Both the position numbers and the translations under genes were made by a program. A model generated the notes under the pieces. It was not told the origin of the DNA and ran no database searches. It saw only the letters and a list, made by a program, of their open reading frames with translations. DNA of 64,000 nt from Ramazzottius varieornatus (taxonomy: Eukaryota; Animalia; Tardigrada): assembly GCA_001949185.1 (NCBI GenBank), contig BDGG01000002.1:1323145-1387144 (forward strand), given 5' to 3'. Below, one piece after another: positions 1 through 12,538 of this stretch. Within the stretch, counting starts at the first letter, position 1. Each line of letters starts with the position of its first letter.

Positions 1-264
1 TCAGGGAACATTTCCTCTAGAAATCTCTTCTAGTCCTACAAAACCCCCTCTCCTCTTCCCCCTCGCTTCTAAAACATTATACACCGGTTTGACGGTTCTG
101 TTCATTTCGTTCATTCTGTTTGGGGTGTCTACACGTAGGGTATTTGCCCACGAAACCTAGCTTCAACAAGTTCTGCGCCCGATAGTACGCTCTCTGGTCA
201 TAAGATGAAAGTTTGCAGTTGGAAAATTCGTACCCAAAATAAATGCTTCACACAATGCTGCATA

Positions 265-2221
265 TCAAAATTGACTCCCTTGACTCGCGCAATTAAGCGC
301 ACCGAGATCCAGATATTCGAGACAAGGAAATGAAAACCCATACTTTTCCCTCAAGGTCCACATCGTTGACCTGATCGCTCCTTCAGTCCAGGACGAGTAC
401 GCGGGGTTGTATGCTTCCCCTACCATCGATACGTCCCACAAACTCACCGGTCGTACCGCCCACTTCCGGATATCCTCATTGTTGAACGGGGACATGGCTC
501 CCAAGTTATACCACGCTTGCTCATGCACAAAACCTATAAGACAATAAGTCCACTTTCTTACTGGAATGGAACACCGCCAAATGAAACATACAAGATCGTT
601 TCCAAGTGGCGCACTTTGTTATTGCTGGAGGCCGCAAGCGCGCACCATTGGTGACAATATCATGTACATTTCGTTTACGGTCCTTTCCAAGTAAGCCGAC
701 GAGCTAGTTACCGATTGGATAATGCAACGTACCTTTGACAGTTCGCGGCAATGGCACGACGACATCGGTAAACACCCTCTGCATCCCAGCTCGTATCTCC
801 TCTCTCAACAAGGAAGCATTTCCGCTGTTTAAAAGATCCCTCCACGTTTCGACGCAAACGCCATCATCATACGCCGCTCTCGTCCCGTTCGATCCTTTCA
901 CATACGGGTAGTTTGGAATAATCATTAAATTGAAACATTCGTCGTGGTTCGAGATCTGCAGTAGCGTATTCCCTTGGAGCAGCTGTGACCGTTCCCAAAA
1001 GCGATCGTCCCACCAAGCGTCCACGGTGGCGCATGACGTATACTTCAGATCCTGAAACTGCTTCGTGTTCTGAATGTCTCTCGCCACATTCCCGGCAATT
1101 TTTCCGAACGCAAAAGCGTCGATAGCATTGATAATTCTGTCGGCGACGATCGTTCGCTTCTCTGTCCGAATCACGAACCGCGTGTCCATACCAGAGTCAA
1201 TACTCAGGACAGCTTCTCCCGCGAATACTCTGACGCCTTTAGAGACCGCGTTGGCCATCATACGGTAGGGATACTGCGACATACCGCCTTTCAGGTAACG
1301 AGAAGGTCGAAGGAAGCTGGTTTGGTCCGGATTGTCCAGGTGAAGCGAGAAATCCAGCATGCTTTTTGCGCTGACTCCAGGCTCGAACTCTGATTCCCAC
1401 ACACTTGACGCACGAAGAAGCTAGAAGCCTTCGGTGCCAACTATTGCTCGAACAAATGTGCCAAAGTCGGCGTACTTGTCGACGATATCTGGCTGCTCGA
1501 CAAACAGGTCCAATATGGCCTTCCACATGCCTTTATCTGTGTCGACGTGATTCCACCTACGATAGTCCGAACTGTAGTTTTCTCGCCTTCACTTGAAAAC
1601 AGATTATTCGTCGAAAAATTCAGAAAAAAAATCAAACGGAATTTCCGTAGGAAAAGTCTGTACAAAAAGATATTTCAAAAATCAACCTCACCCTGTGCAG
1701 TTCAGCGTAGGAAACACCTCGACACACATCCTTCCACTGTTGGACCTGTAAGCGTTGGCCAAAAAGTACCTTCCGCGCACTTGCTGTAAAGTCGCACCAT
1801 TGTCATCGTCGGCCTGGACTTCCATACCGAGTTCTCGGGCCAGATGAAGCATGTTGAGCTGGTTAAATTCGAGGCCGAGAGGTCCAATGCCGTAGGCCGG
1901 CCCACTGCCGTCAGCCCGTTCCGTAATATCGTGGATTCGACCTCCGTACCGATTCAGCTTCTCCACGACGCATATTCGGTCCTTGTAGTGAGTTGAGAGT
2001 TGATAGGCTGCGTATGCACCGGAAAACCCTGCGCCCAGGATGGCGATATGACAGTCGAGCGGAAGGAAAGATGATGCAACAGGAGTTGGCGGGATTGTGA
2101 ATGGGCTGGTGTACAGAGAACCGGGTGTGTCGGGTACACCAGGCTGACTTAGAGCAGCACTGATCGCAGTGTGGAAAAACACAAAACAGGAGAGAAGACC
2201 GATGAAGAGTCCCGGTCGCAT
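265..2221 (-). pseudogene. Secreted flavin-dependent amine/L-amino-acid oxidase (achacin/aplysianin-like); 3 exons; premature TAG at 1421-1423
   Basis: Signal peptide MRPGLFIGLLSCFVFFHTAISA, FAD motif IAILGAGFSG, GGRIH motif, C-terminal VGEAY...WTEGA. Phase-compatible exons 2221-1692, 1571-733, 533-265. Exon 2 reads VGTEGF*LLRASSVWESEF. Confidence 0.8.
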
Positions 2222-2854
2222 TTTTTACCACGGGGACTTCCGACCAGCAACAACACCGAGCCACAGCTCCCAGCATCAGTCCAGCTCGAGCCCCTCAACT
2301 CTGATAAGCCCCCGCGAAGAAGTGAAAAACTGACGTTACTCTCGAGTGGTGGTACCAGTGCGTGACCTGCGACACTACCATAGGTTCTCACTACAGAGCC
2401 GAAATACTGCAATACTGCTGACAAGGTTCAGGCCTGCTGGTTCTGGAGTGTTTTGAACTCAGAAGGTCCTGTGTACGCGCACCGCACTGCGTGCCAGGTT
2501 GTTCCAAGTTGCCGACGCGGAGGTGCTGTACGCGACGGCGCAGTAGATATACAGTACATTGAACGAAGGACAGAGCAGTTAATCGAAATTCTGATGAATT
2601 CCAACCCCCCCCCCCCTTTTTATTGTGGAACTACAGTAGCTTGATCATAGCACTTTGCACGGCGAATATAGAAGGGGTGTAAAAAATCTACATACTGTGG
2701 GTTTTCAGTATCCGGATCCCGTTCGATTCGGCAGAAAGGGGCCAGGAAATAATCCAAATACTTCGGAAGAGTTCACAAGTTCGTGCTTTGGGCGTTAGTG
2801 GCCTGCGACAGCTGCACTCCCATTCTTTAGCCTAATCAAGGGCGTTGTCCATTC

Positions 2855-3282
2855 TCATACCCGAGGCATCGGGTGGGCTGTTCTGAATAAGAACTTGGTA
2901 ACCGCCATATTGCCTCTCAGGATCAACCCTAAACCCAGCGAGGTGGCACTAGCAGTGGTACCAAATCCTCGGGATGACGAGGACGTGTCGCTTTCAACGT
3001 CCGAATCCCCTAGTAACAGTATATTGGTGACGATGTTGCCCATCGAAGCCGAACCTCCGCCCAGAGTGTTCGCTCTGGATCTTACTGAAGCCGGGGAAGC
3101 CGAGCTGACAGGCGGCAAGGGCTGCGCTGCTTGACAGTAGTAAGCTTTGGAGGACATTGTGCGAGACGATGACGATTGCCGTTCTGTTAAGATTGATGAT
3201 ATTGATTTTTTCTAAGTGACTTACCTGTTGTTTCGTCTTTTTGCGATGCACAAACTGGAAGCCGTGCAGTCGTAAGTTGCAT
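2855..3282 (-). CDS. Divergent member of the Gly/Asn-rich repeat family, no evident signal peptide
   Basis: RANTLGGGSASMGNIVTN matches the family motif ANAxGGGSAxFGNxATN. ATG at 3282, donor G|gtaagt and acceptor aacag join in frame. Start uncertain. Confidence 0.45.
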
Positions 3283-3680
3283 ACCTGAGTGACACAGCTG
3301 CTATCCGAACCGGCACCCGGTTCTATCAATATTTTTTTCTCTGAAAGCACGCGCCACTCAGAAGTATTGACAGCAGTCTTGTACGTTTTATTTGCCGAAC
3401 TCCTGGTTGAGTTTTGATGAGAGCGCAAAACGATTCTGCCAAGAACTACAGTCATTTCACCATCAATCGTTTCCGAAGCTTACCACTGCGTGAGAGTGCG
3501 CTAAATAAGTCAATGTTCGGATTGCAGAATTCTTTATTGACTTCTCTTTGCGTCTGCATCTACAGTATGACATTGATACACATACATCGTGAGACAGCCT
3601 CAACAAGAACTCAATCTACAAGGAACTATCAGTACACCTCCACACTTTAGAGTTACAAGTTGAAACAGCAATAAACCAGG

Positions 3681-4777
3681 TTAGCCTGGGAAGTAATTTC
3701 CGCTTTGTGAGTTGCTGTTGGCGGCATTCGCCAGTTGCACTCCTTGTCCTTCGCCAAAAGCATTACCGGCACCCATACCAGTGGCGCCAAACTGGTTGGT
3801 TTGGGTGAAGGCATTGTTGTTGGTGGCCACACGACCCATCAGCGCCGAACCTGTTCCCAAAGCGTTAGCGTTCGACGCACTGTTGAATCCACCGAAGCCG
3901 AAAGTGTTGAAACCAGGGCTAAGGAAGACTTGTCGCTTTCGTCGTCCGGCGAAGGCGCTCTGCGAGTTGGCGGCGTTGAAGATGTTCACTCCGTATCCGC
4001 TACCCATGGCGTTACCGTTGGCCAGACCCATCGAGCCGAAGGGATCTGATCGGGTGAAGGCGTTGTTGTTGGTGGCCAGGTTACCGAACATGGCCGAACC
4101 TCCACCCACTGAGTTGGCGTTAGATTGACCCATACCGCCAAAACCACCGAAACCTCCGTAAACTTGACGCTTGCGCCGTCCTGCGCTGAAGAAAGCGCTG
4201 TTCTCACCAAACTGAGATCCTGTGTAACAAAACCGAGATTTAGTAGAATTTTCAGGAAACAAGACTAAACTTTCCAGAGAAAAAAGACATATAGGAATAG
4301 CATGAAAATATGTCATTTTTTATTTTCAGTCAAATGTAGATCGTTAAGCTAAAGTTCGATCCCTTTTGTGAGGATCCATGGATGGGAATGTTTTTGCTCC
4401 GTTCTGGGCTTACCGAACTGTTTGCCACCGCCAACTTGACCTCCAGCTTGAGCAGCTCCACCGGTCTGTGAGCCCATGGTACCCTGGGCCGTGTTAGCAC
4501 TCAGACCCATCGAGGCGGAGCTGAACTGGTCAGCTTGATGGTTGGCCTGGTTGATACTGGTGGCTGAGCCGAGACCTCCAGCTGCGGAGTTACCAGCTGC
4601 TGCCGAGTTCCCCGCTGCATTGTTGAAGGCATTGCCGAACTGGCTTCCAAACCGCTGATTGCTAGATTGGAAAGGCGCGGTACCGAAACCGTTGTTGAAG
4701 CCATTATTGAAGCCATCGCCAAACTGACAGTGTACCAATGCCACACCGCATAACAGTACTGCAGCTTTCAGAAGCAT
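3681..4777 (-). CDS. Secreted Gly/Asn/Ala-rich precursor with two G-RRKR sites and two ~75-aa repeat modules
   Basis: Signal peptide MLLKAAVLLCGVALVHC; exons 4777-4414 and 4219-3681 (phase-1 GT-AG); AGRRKRQV occurs twice; TATA-like ATATAAA near 4885-4890. Confidence 0.85.
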
Positions 4778-6066
4778 TTTCAGGCTGAGGTATTTGTTCA
4801 GTAAACACCGGTAAACGAAGACTGAGCACTGTAGGAAAGCTGATTGAGGTGAGAGTATGATTTGGTCGGAGAATAAGGCCTTGTTTATATGTCAAGCTAG
4901 CTGAAGACCATGAGCGACCACAGACGTCAAAAGTCGTCGCTGAAGGCCTTGAAAGGCGGAAGTAGCAGCCGAAACAAGTTCTTTGACTGTCATATTTTGG
5001 TATAGGTAATTAGTGTGCAAGATCGTTCTTCCGAAAACAAAAAGTAGTCACGCGGCGGGTGACGAACTTGTGCAAGGAAGTTAACCGCGGAACGCTGTGC
5101 GGGTTGGTCGGCTTTGTGACGGCACAACGTGCAGGTGCGTCATCGCGGAACGCTAACCAGCTTTGCTGGTTATCCTCCGTTGGGAAGGTTTTTGTGATTT
5201 GGCACATGCCTGTGATCTTGACATTGAACCAGTTCTTCCATTGTTGATCGACCACGTTTTCGGTTTACATTTGTCTTCTATTGTCATCGTTGCGTAATCT
5301 TTTGCATGCTGATTCGCTTCTCCAGAACTCTGCATTATGTGACGGACAGGTGCATCGCCAAATATTCCAATAAACCAGCACCTTGCAGCTTACTGTTATG
5401 ATGTACCGAAGTAGGAGAAACCCATGAAACCTACACTTGAGCTTCTTTTCAGAGTACTCTTCGAATGGGGTGGAGCTGTCACGCAGACTCTTATGCACCA
5501 GGACTAGACATCTGAATGAATGTCCTTCTACGGCATGGTAATCTGTATGTTCGCTTCTTAGGCTATGGCAAACGAAAACATCCGCACAGTTTTTCCATAG
5601 TGAAAAAAAAGGTAAGAAAGTTCGCAGCATACTAGAATCGTATGCGTAACAGGTCTGATTTTGAAACAGTGTTTCGGTCGGAATATGGTCGGATACTAGG
5701 TGGAAACTAGGTGGAAGCAGACTAAAATCATACTTTCTTACCACTTTCTTACCACTTTATTGGATTTTTCCTTGTAAAAATACTGTTTCATAATCAGACC
5801 TGTTATGCATATGATTCGTGCCAAAATCGCCCTTCTTGTAGCAATCAGGTTTGCAGAACAGCGCAGGAACCTCTCGGGAGTTCTGCAGTGTCAGACTGCT
5901 CAAAACATCGCATTTCTTGATCGTTTATGATTGTGGTAATGGAATCAGCTTTATTAAACGTAACGTGTCAGGCATGTGTATTGTGTATCGACAACAGTTC
6001 ACATTCGGCATGACAACATTCCAGCAGAAGTCATTTGAATAACAAGAGTAGACAATGTACAGAAAA

Positions 6067-6997
6067 CTAACGTCCAAAGACACCACTACCAGCATCGGTG
6101 TTAGTAGCACCAAAGATGTTAGTCCCATATCCCGTTCCCATGGCATTACTGTTGCCAAAAGAGCTGGCTCCGAAGGGACCGGTGTTGGTGTAAGCCCTGT
6201 TGTTGGTCGCAATATCCCCAAACATGGCCGATCCTCCACCGACAGCGTTAGCGTTGGCTATGGAGTTACCACCGAAGCCATATCCCACAGGGACGAAACC
6301 AGCTCCGTACACGTTTCGCTTGCGCCGACCTTGTTGGATGACGCTCTGTTGACCAGTGTTGTGCTGGAAGCGCTTGCCACTTTGTGTCTGACCACCCGCT
6401 TGTGCTGCGCCACCGGCGGATGAACCCATGGTACCCGTTGCGGTGTTGGCACTTAAACCTAAGTATCGGAAAATTCATATATAATATATGAAAATATAAT
6501 TAAAATATTATAAAAGGTACCTAGAATCTGCTGAAACGATATAGTTTATTATTTACCACTGTATCGGAATATTCAAATGTATTAGGTAATATTGAACTTA
6601 TTGAAATACTGAAAGAAAACAACCAAAAAAATCTGGACATCGGAAATAAAATAAAAAACTCTAAAATGGGAATAAGAACATAACGGAAAACGACGAGGCC
6701 GGTTGTACCTTGCGATCGTGTGTTCCCGTTGCTGGCTTCCTGGTTGGCCTGGTTGATGCTGGATGAGGAACCTACTCCCCCAGACTGGGCTTGACCGGCG
6801 CCCGCTGCATTGCCGGCTGCGTTGTTAAACCTCTCGTCCTGTTTATTGCTGAAAATGTTGCTTTGAGAATGAAAGGGAAGTGCACCAAAGGTATTGCCGA
6901 AGCCGTTGCCGAAATTGTTACCGAAGCCGTTTCCCCCAAGTGACTGCGCAGCGGTCAGAGCCGCGCCGAACAGCACAAACGCCAGCGAGAGACGCAT
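6067..6997 (-). CDS. Secreted Gly/Asn-rich precursor, paralog of 3681-4777 (one G-RRKR site, one repeat module, C-terminal GR)
   Basis: Signal peptide MRLSLAFVLFGAALTAA; exons 6997-6709 and 6458-6067; splicing gives GLSANTATGTMGS, matching the paralog's GLSANTAQGTMGS. Confidence 0.85.
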
Positions 6998-7569
6998 GAT
7001 TTCAACGAAGTTTGAAAAACGGTACGCTGAAATGCGAAAGTGAAGTGGAGACCGAACAGTTGCTGCTGAACTCTGGTGCAGAAAGGAGATCAAGAGGTAC
7101 TGCTATATTATAACCGGAGAAGTTTCTTGTGTTGCTAACTTTTATGTGAATGTTTACCTGGTAAGCCAAGTGAGCAACGAAACGGATGTGTGGTTGCAAA
7201 ACAACAACCTCCCGCTCTGAATGGCCTTGAGCTTCGTCTAGAAAGACCGTCTTTTTTGGTATTGCAAAAGCTACTTGTTCATGACGCGAGCTTTCCTTTT
7301 ACCGAATATGCCAGAGTGGAACGGGCCGTACGAGAAGCAAAGAACTTCAACCGGTTCTTAGCGGAAAATCCGCTCGTGCATCAACGACGCCACGTACTGT
7401 TCGCGTAAAACGTCTGGTAAATTTATTAACACTGACGTCATAGCAAGTTTCTGAACCTCTCTTCGAATAGTACACAGAAGGTGTGTCACGATGTCAGTTC
7501 AGCTAACGACAGTCGGCCGGGTCAGCTGGCAAAATATCAAGTGTCCAGATTGCGTAAACCGACCCCCAC

Positions 7570-8084
7570 TCAACAAACTAAACTGGATTTCGTCATACGG
7601 TTAACCGTCACAAAATCCGAAACTTGATTGCCTTTCTTGTCCACACAGAACTCCACGAAGGACTGGCAGCACATGGCTTGTCTCGGCTGAAAATTTCCTT
7701 GGGCGTCGCAGGACCACGTCACTGCAGGTTGACTTCCTTTCGTCACTGCAATAGTTAAGTGTTCAAATATGCGATACACAAAGAGCGTCTTGATCGCATG
7801 ATCGACCGACCTCCCAAGATTTCTCCGGACTGGTCCTTGACGGCGTCCGCGCAGCTGCAGCCCGCCGAGTTGCGGATGGCGTTGGCTACCAATGCTCTGC
7901 TCTTCGCGTCGGTGGTGTTTGTGGCCAAAAAGCATTTGCTCAGCGGGCGAGTGGTCCGTTGCTGGATTTGTGGAGCCTTGTGACTCTGAACAACGGACGG
8001 CGTGCTCACCACTGCCGCATGCACGACAGAACAAAACAGGAACAGAAGGCAGAACGAGACAAAGCTCCTGAATCCATTCGACAT
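7570..8084 (-). CDS. Small secreted thyroglobulin type-1 domain protein
   Basis: Signal peptide; exons 8084-7811 and 7745-7570 join two ORF-track frames; CDAQGNFQPRQ...FCVDKKGNQV resembles the Tg1 consensus CxxxGxFxxxQC...CWCVDxxG. Confidence 0.7.
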
Positions 8085-8497
8085 TCTTTTAGTGTTGTCG
8101 GGGAAGAACGGCTGACGACGCACAACACAGAGCTTCCGCCAGATCTGTCTAAGGAGGACATGAAAAGCACCTTGCGCAGGCTAGCAATGGAGACTCATAT
8201 GCGTCTAAATTTTTTTCTCCATGTTCCTGCAGGGCAATTCGACCGCCTGATTTTTATCGACGTGGAACCGGCAAATCAACATTCCATAATTCCTTCTGGC
8301 TCTATCGCTCAACTATTGTTACCGCTGGACGCAGGGTTTTTATTTCCCTGGCCAATAAAACTTTCGCCTTCGACGGCCACTTGCCTGAAGACCGTATGTG
8401 CGGTGTTCGCGCAAAGTGATAAAAGCACAACATACTATTTATGAGCCTATACACTACAGTTATTGCCACAATCGTCCGAACTGAGTTCTCGCTACGT

Positions 8498-11224
8498 TCA
8501 CGGCAGGATGGATTTTGAGAACAGCAAAGCTTCCAAAACGAGGAACAGTAACAGCGGCACTTGACAAAGTTTTAGAGCAAAGCCAGCGCAAGAAACGGGC
8601 GGCCTTGCCACCGGTTCGATTTTCACTGGGTATGCCGAGATATTGAATCCAGAGTGGTTCACCGAGAAATCCGATTGGAAGACCATTCTCTGCAAGGAGA
8701 GAAGCCATCGTTAACAGAGTCATGGCGCTCGAACAGCCGATCAACTGGTATCAGGTCCTTACCACGTGGTTGGTTTCCGACAATAGCTCATCAGGTCCCT
8801 CAAGGGAGCAATATTTTGTTCCCAGCATCTTTACCACCTTGTTTACCCTTTCGAAGAACCGGACATGGTCATGTGGACACTCGCCTTTCATGAAGGGTCC
8901 TTCCAGGTTGAAAGCCACCACATCGAACCTGATCCTGTAACCTTCGGGAGCCTTGATGTCGTAGGTGACATTGACAAAGGTCGGGTAGCTGTCTGGATAG
9001 TTGGGCGATGTTATGTAAACCCCGCCATCTGCTGGAACGCGGATGGGCATAGGTTTGTTGGGTATGGCCGTAACGGTAATGTTGAAACCGGCATGATGTT
9101 GGTACGAATCCGTGAAAAAGTAAGCTGCCTCCAAACAGACAGATTATTAATCAATGACGCGAAAGGCCAGCTCGAGACTGTTGTGTTAAGTGGCCCACTC
9201 TCCTGGTTTCACTGGCTGGAAGCTTGCGTCACTTGAAACTTCCATCATGTCAAGTTCAAAGTGACGCACTTTATCAATGTTATTGGCTGATGGCGCGCGC
9301 TTCTTAAGAGGACGATCCACTATCATAGCATGAAAAGACGAATGTCAGACATTCCACTCACTACACGGTTTGTGCTGGACTGAAGTGATGGTCCCTTGAA
9401 TCCGCAGAAAGGCTTTCCCAATGGCCTAGTGTAGGCTTTAGTTGCGGGATCAAGCTCGTTGAACTGAAGGGAGTCGTACTGGCAGGAAGAGTCATATTCC
9501 AAGCTGAAGGATTGGACTTTGAAAACCAAATAATGCCCTTCGGGAGCGGCGAACTCGTACGTCCGGTTGGTGTCTCGCGGATAGGGCTGAGGGAAGTTGG
9601 GTGAGGTGAACGACGCCGTGGCATTGGCGGTCACGTTGATGAGTTGATATACCCCAACAGCGCGAACAGAGATATTAAAGCCACGATCTTGACCAGTGGC
9701 ATCCGATTTGAAGAAGAGACTCTAACAATAATTTTCGTCGGTGCACAAAGTCAAACAACAGCAGGAATGACAAGCGGGAAGACGGCGAACGTACCAAGCC
9801 TTACCGCTCTATTGTTCGGTATCGTCAGGTTTTGAGGTCCTTTGGTTCCGCAATATCGGCCACTTGAATCGAACGATAAGTAAGACATGAGGAGGTCATG
9901 TGGCTCGTCGATAGTCAGAATATCGTAACGACAAGAAGTATATCCACCATAGGACTCTTCAAGGGCAAAATTCACGCTGTCAAAAACCAGTTGGCTTCCT
10001 GCCGGTCCGATGATTTCTCTCGTGTACGTGGTGGAGGCTGGGTAATCTGCTGGATAGTTGATGGAGGTGAAATAACGGACAGTATCATAGGACACTGTTA
10101 TGGGAAGCTGATGGAGAAGGAGTTGCAACCGCAGATATGAGCCACTGGTGGTTGGACGAATCGTGCTTGTCCCTGGAGCCGGAGTTGTTGGTACATTGAC
10201 GTCGACAGATGCATCATCGTCAGCCGCGGCAATCCAGTTTTCGACGGTGTCCACATATCTCTGTGCGAAATCTACAAAGCTTACTATTGATACCCGCACG
10301 ACAAAAAAGTTTACGGGCCAGTGAAAAATATGGACCATGCCTTTTCGCGACGGCAGTACGATTCACAGTAACACACGTTTCTACGGTTGAATTTCAATTT
10401 TCCCCCTGGGCCATAGTTTGTACTGGCCCATAATTTCCGGTCGTGCGTCTACATCAACGTCAGAAAACATTCGTGTACAACGTTAACCGTTAATTGTTCG
10501 AACTCGAGAGTTACAGTATGACTACAAATTGAAATGGAAAATTAGACTGGAAACTTGACTGGAACAGTAGCATTAGCAATTCGGACCGGATTCGAGCAGT
10601 CAGGCGATAACTTTACCAATACTATCGCCTACCGGGATACAGAGAGACGAACGAAGAGATGGGTAATTGACGAGGTGTTACAACGTCGACGATGATTTCA
10701 TAACCACGGTATCGTCTCGAATCGTCACTTGTAAAAGTAACACTCTGTAGAAAGAAAGACAGGTCCATTCATCGAAATACTGCGCACAACAGTTCATAGG
10801 TCTTAAGCTTGCGGCGTACCACTTGATTGGTTCTGGAAGTAATCTCCATCGGTGTTGCCAAAACTCCACAGCTAACAGCATGAGGCGTGACGTACTCCAC
10901 ACCGTTCACGGTTTCTTTCAGCTTCAGCTGGTCATGACATCTTCCGAAGATACTGGTCAGCCTTTCTAGCTCAAACCATTGGTATCTGAAGCGCAGGACG
11001 GAACCCGCCGGTGCAGTGATGGTCGTCTCACACCAGAGATTGTCCGGGTACGAAGCGGGATAACCCGGTGAACGCAGTGTGACGTTGGCCCCTGTCGCCA
11101 GGCTGTAGGAGCTTGGTCCACATCCATCATTACTAGTAGACTGTACGAACACCGCTCGACAAGCTGAACCTAGAAGAGTAAGGCGAAAGTAAAAGATGAG
11201 AAGTTGCATCAGCCAGCACCCCAT
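8498..11224 (-). CDS. Four-CUB-domain extracellular protein with hydrophobic C-terminal tail (multi-exon)
   Basis: SPGYPASYP, SINYPADYP, SPNFPQPYP and SPNYPDSYP motifs, each followed by FxLE, CxY/HD, CG/CS and F.SD..GF-type motifs; signal-like N-terminus; tail VPLLLFLVLEALLF. Confidence 0.8.
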
Positions 11225-12538
11225 AATTCCAGAAGCGGAGAAAGTACAGAATCCGGAAAAAGATGTTGCAGTTGGTAAGGCAGTAAAAGAAAGGCCGAGT
11301 TCCTGGCACAGTAATTAGTGTAGTTTATCTAGCTGACATTTTCTGAAAGAGGCGTAAGATACAAACAACATACACGTTTGTGATTAGGCGTTGAGATTAT
11401 AGGGGACTGGGAACCTTTGCCGGCGCAAAGGTCGCACCACACCGACGAAGATGTCTACGATATACACGTACAAGATGTCTGACCATGATTACCGCAAGCG
11501 AACATTTTTTGCTGTTTTAAGTTACAACTGTATCTGACGCTGGTTTTTGCTAAACGACGATTTTGGTCATGACGACTTTTTGGCCCTTTTTTGACATGAG
11601 GATCTAGGGAACATTCAGATACGCGTACACTTAAGGTTGGCACCCTTGACACTCAAACTGGAAGTTTGACCAGTGGCTGAAAGGTGAGCTGGACACCAGC
11701 TTCACCTGAAGCAAACTTGACGATGCCGCCAACTGATTAATTGCGTTAGTCACCGTACAAAGCCGGACAACGCAGCTCAGCATTGTACGCAGTGCCTTGC
11801 CCTGAAATACTCGCGCACTAACGTTACTGCCACCTGATCATGGTGTGCTACTAACCGCGCACTCACTCGTGACGGGAGTACCCAGTGCGCGACTTTACGA
11901 AAACAAGGATATAACACATAAAAATATGTTAAGTTAATTTTAGCGCAAAAATTCCTCCAAACTTCTCAATCTCGATATACATTTTGACCAACCGATAATC
12001 ACAACTTATATTGAACAGAAAATATTGCTAGATAGTCGCAGAGTGAATTAAGTACGTTTTGTTTTTATCTTCAAGCTTTTGACAACACAGTTTGCTCGAA
12101 TGAATGCTTCGAATGCCGGTTGATGTTCGTATGAAACGTGCGTGGCATTTGAGTCTTGGGAATTCAGATACTTGACTTATTTTTTTACTGACGAAAGCTT
12201 TAAAAATGACAGCTTTGTCTTCTGGACCCTTGGCGTTGAACTTTATATCTCTGTGATTCCCAAACAAAATGGCTTCCTCGTTTGTGCTCCTGGCTACTAG
12301 AGAGAATGCTCTAGATGACTGTGTCCAGCCGTTTAGAACGTACGTCTAAGACCCCTCCAGAAAAAGTCGTTTCCTGAACAATTTGGAATTTTGCCAAGAG
12401 CGCCACATAGGAAAAACCAGCGTCATCTTCAGTTTGTCTCCATCTCGCGGTTGCTTTCCGTCTCAAAAATCCATCGAAGGAGTATTCGAAAGTTTGATAA
12501 AGATTACGGATAATGTTCGACTGTAGCCAGACATAACC

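Noticed and set aside
3712-6423. Plus-strand ORFs overlapping the Gly/Asn genes (e.g. 3712-4128, 6055-6423)
   Set aside because: They are antisense shadows of low-complexity coding sequence with no independent features.
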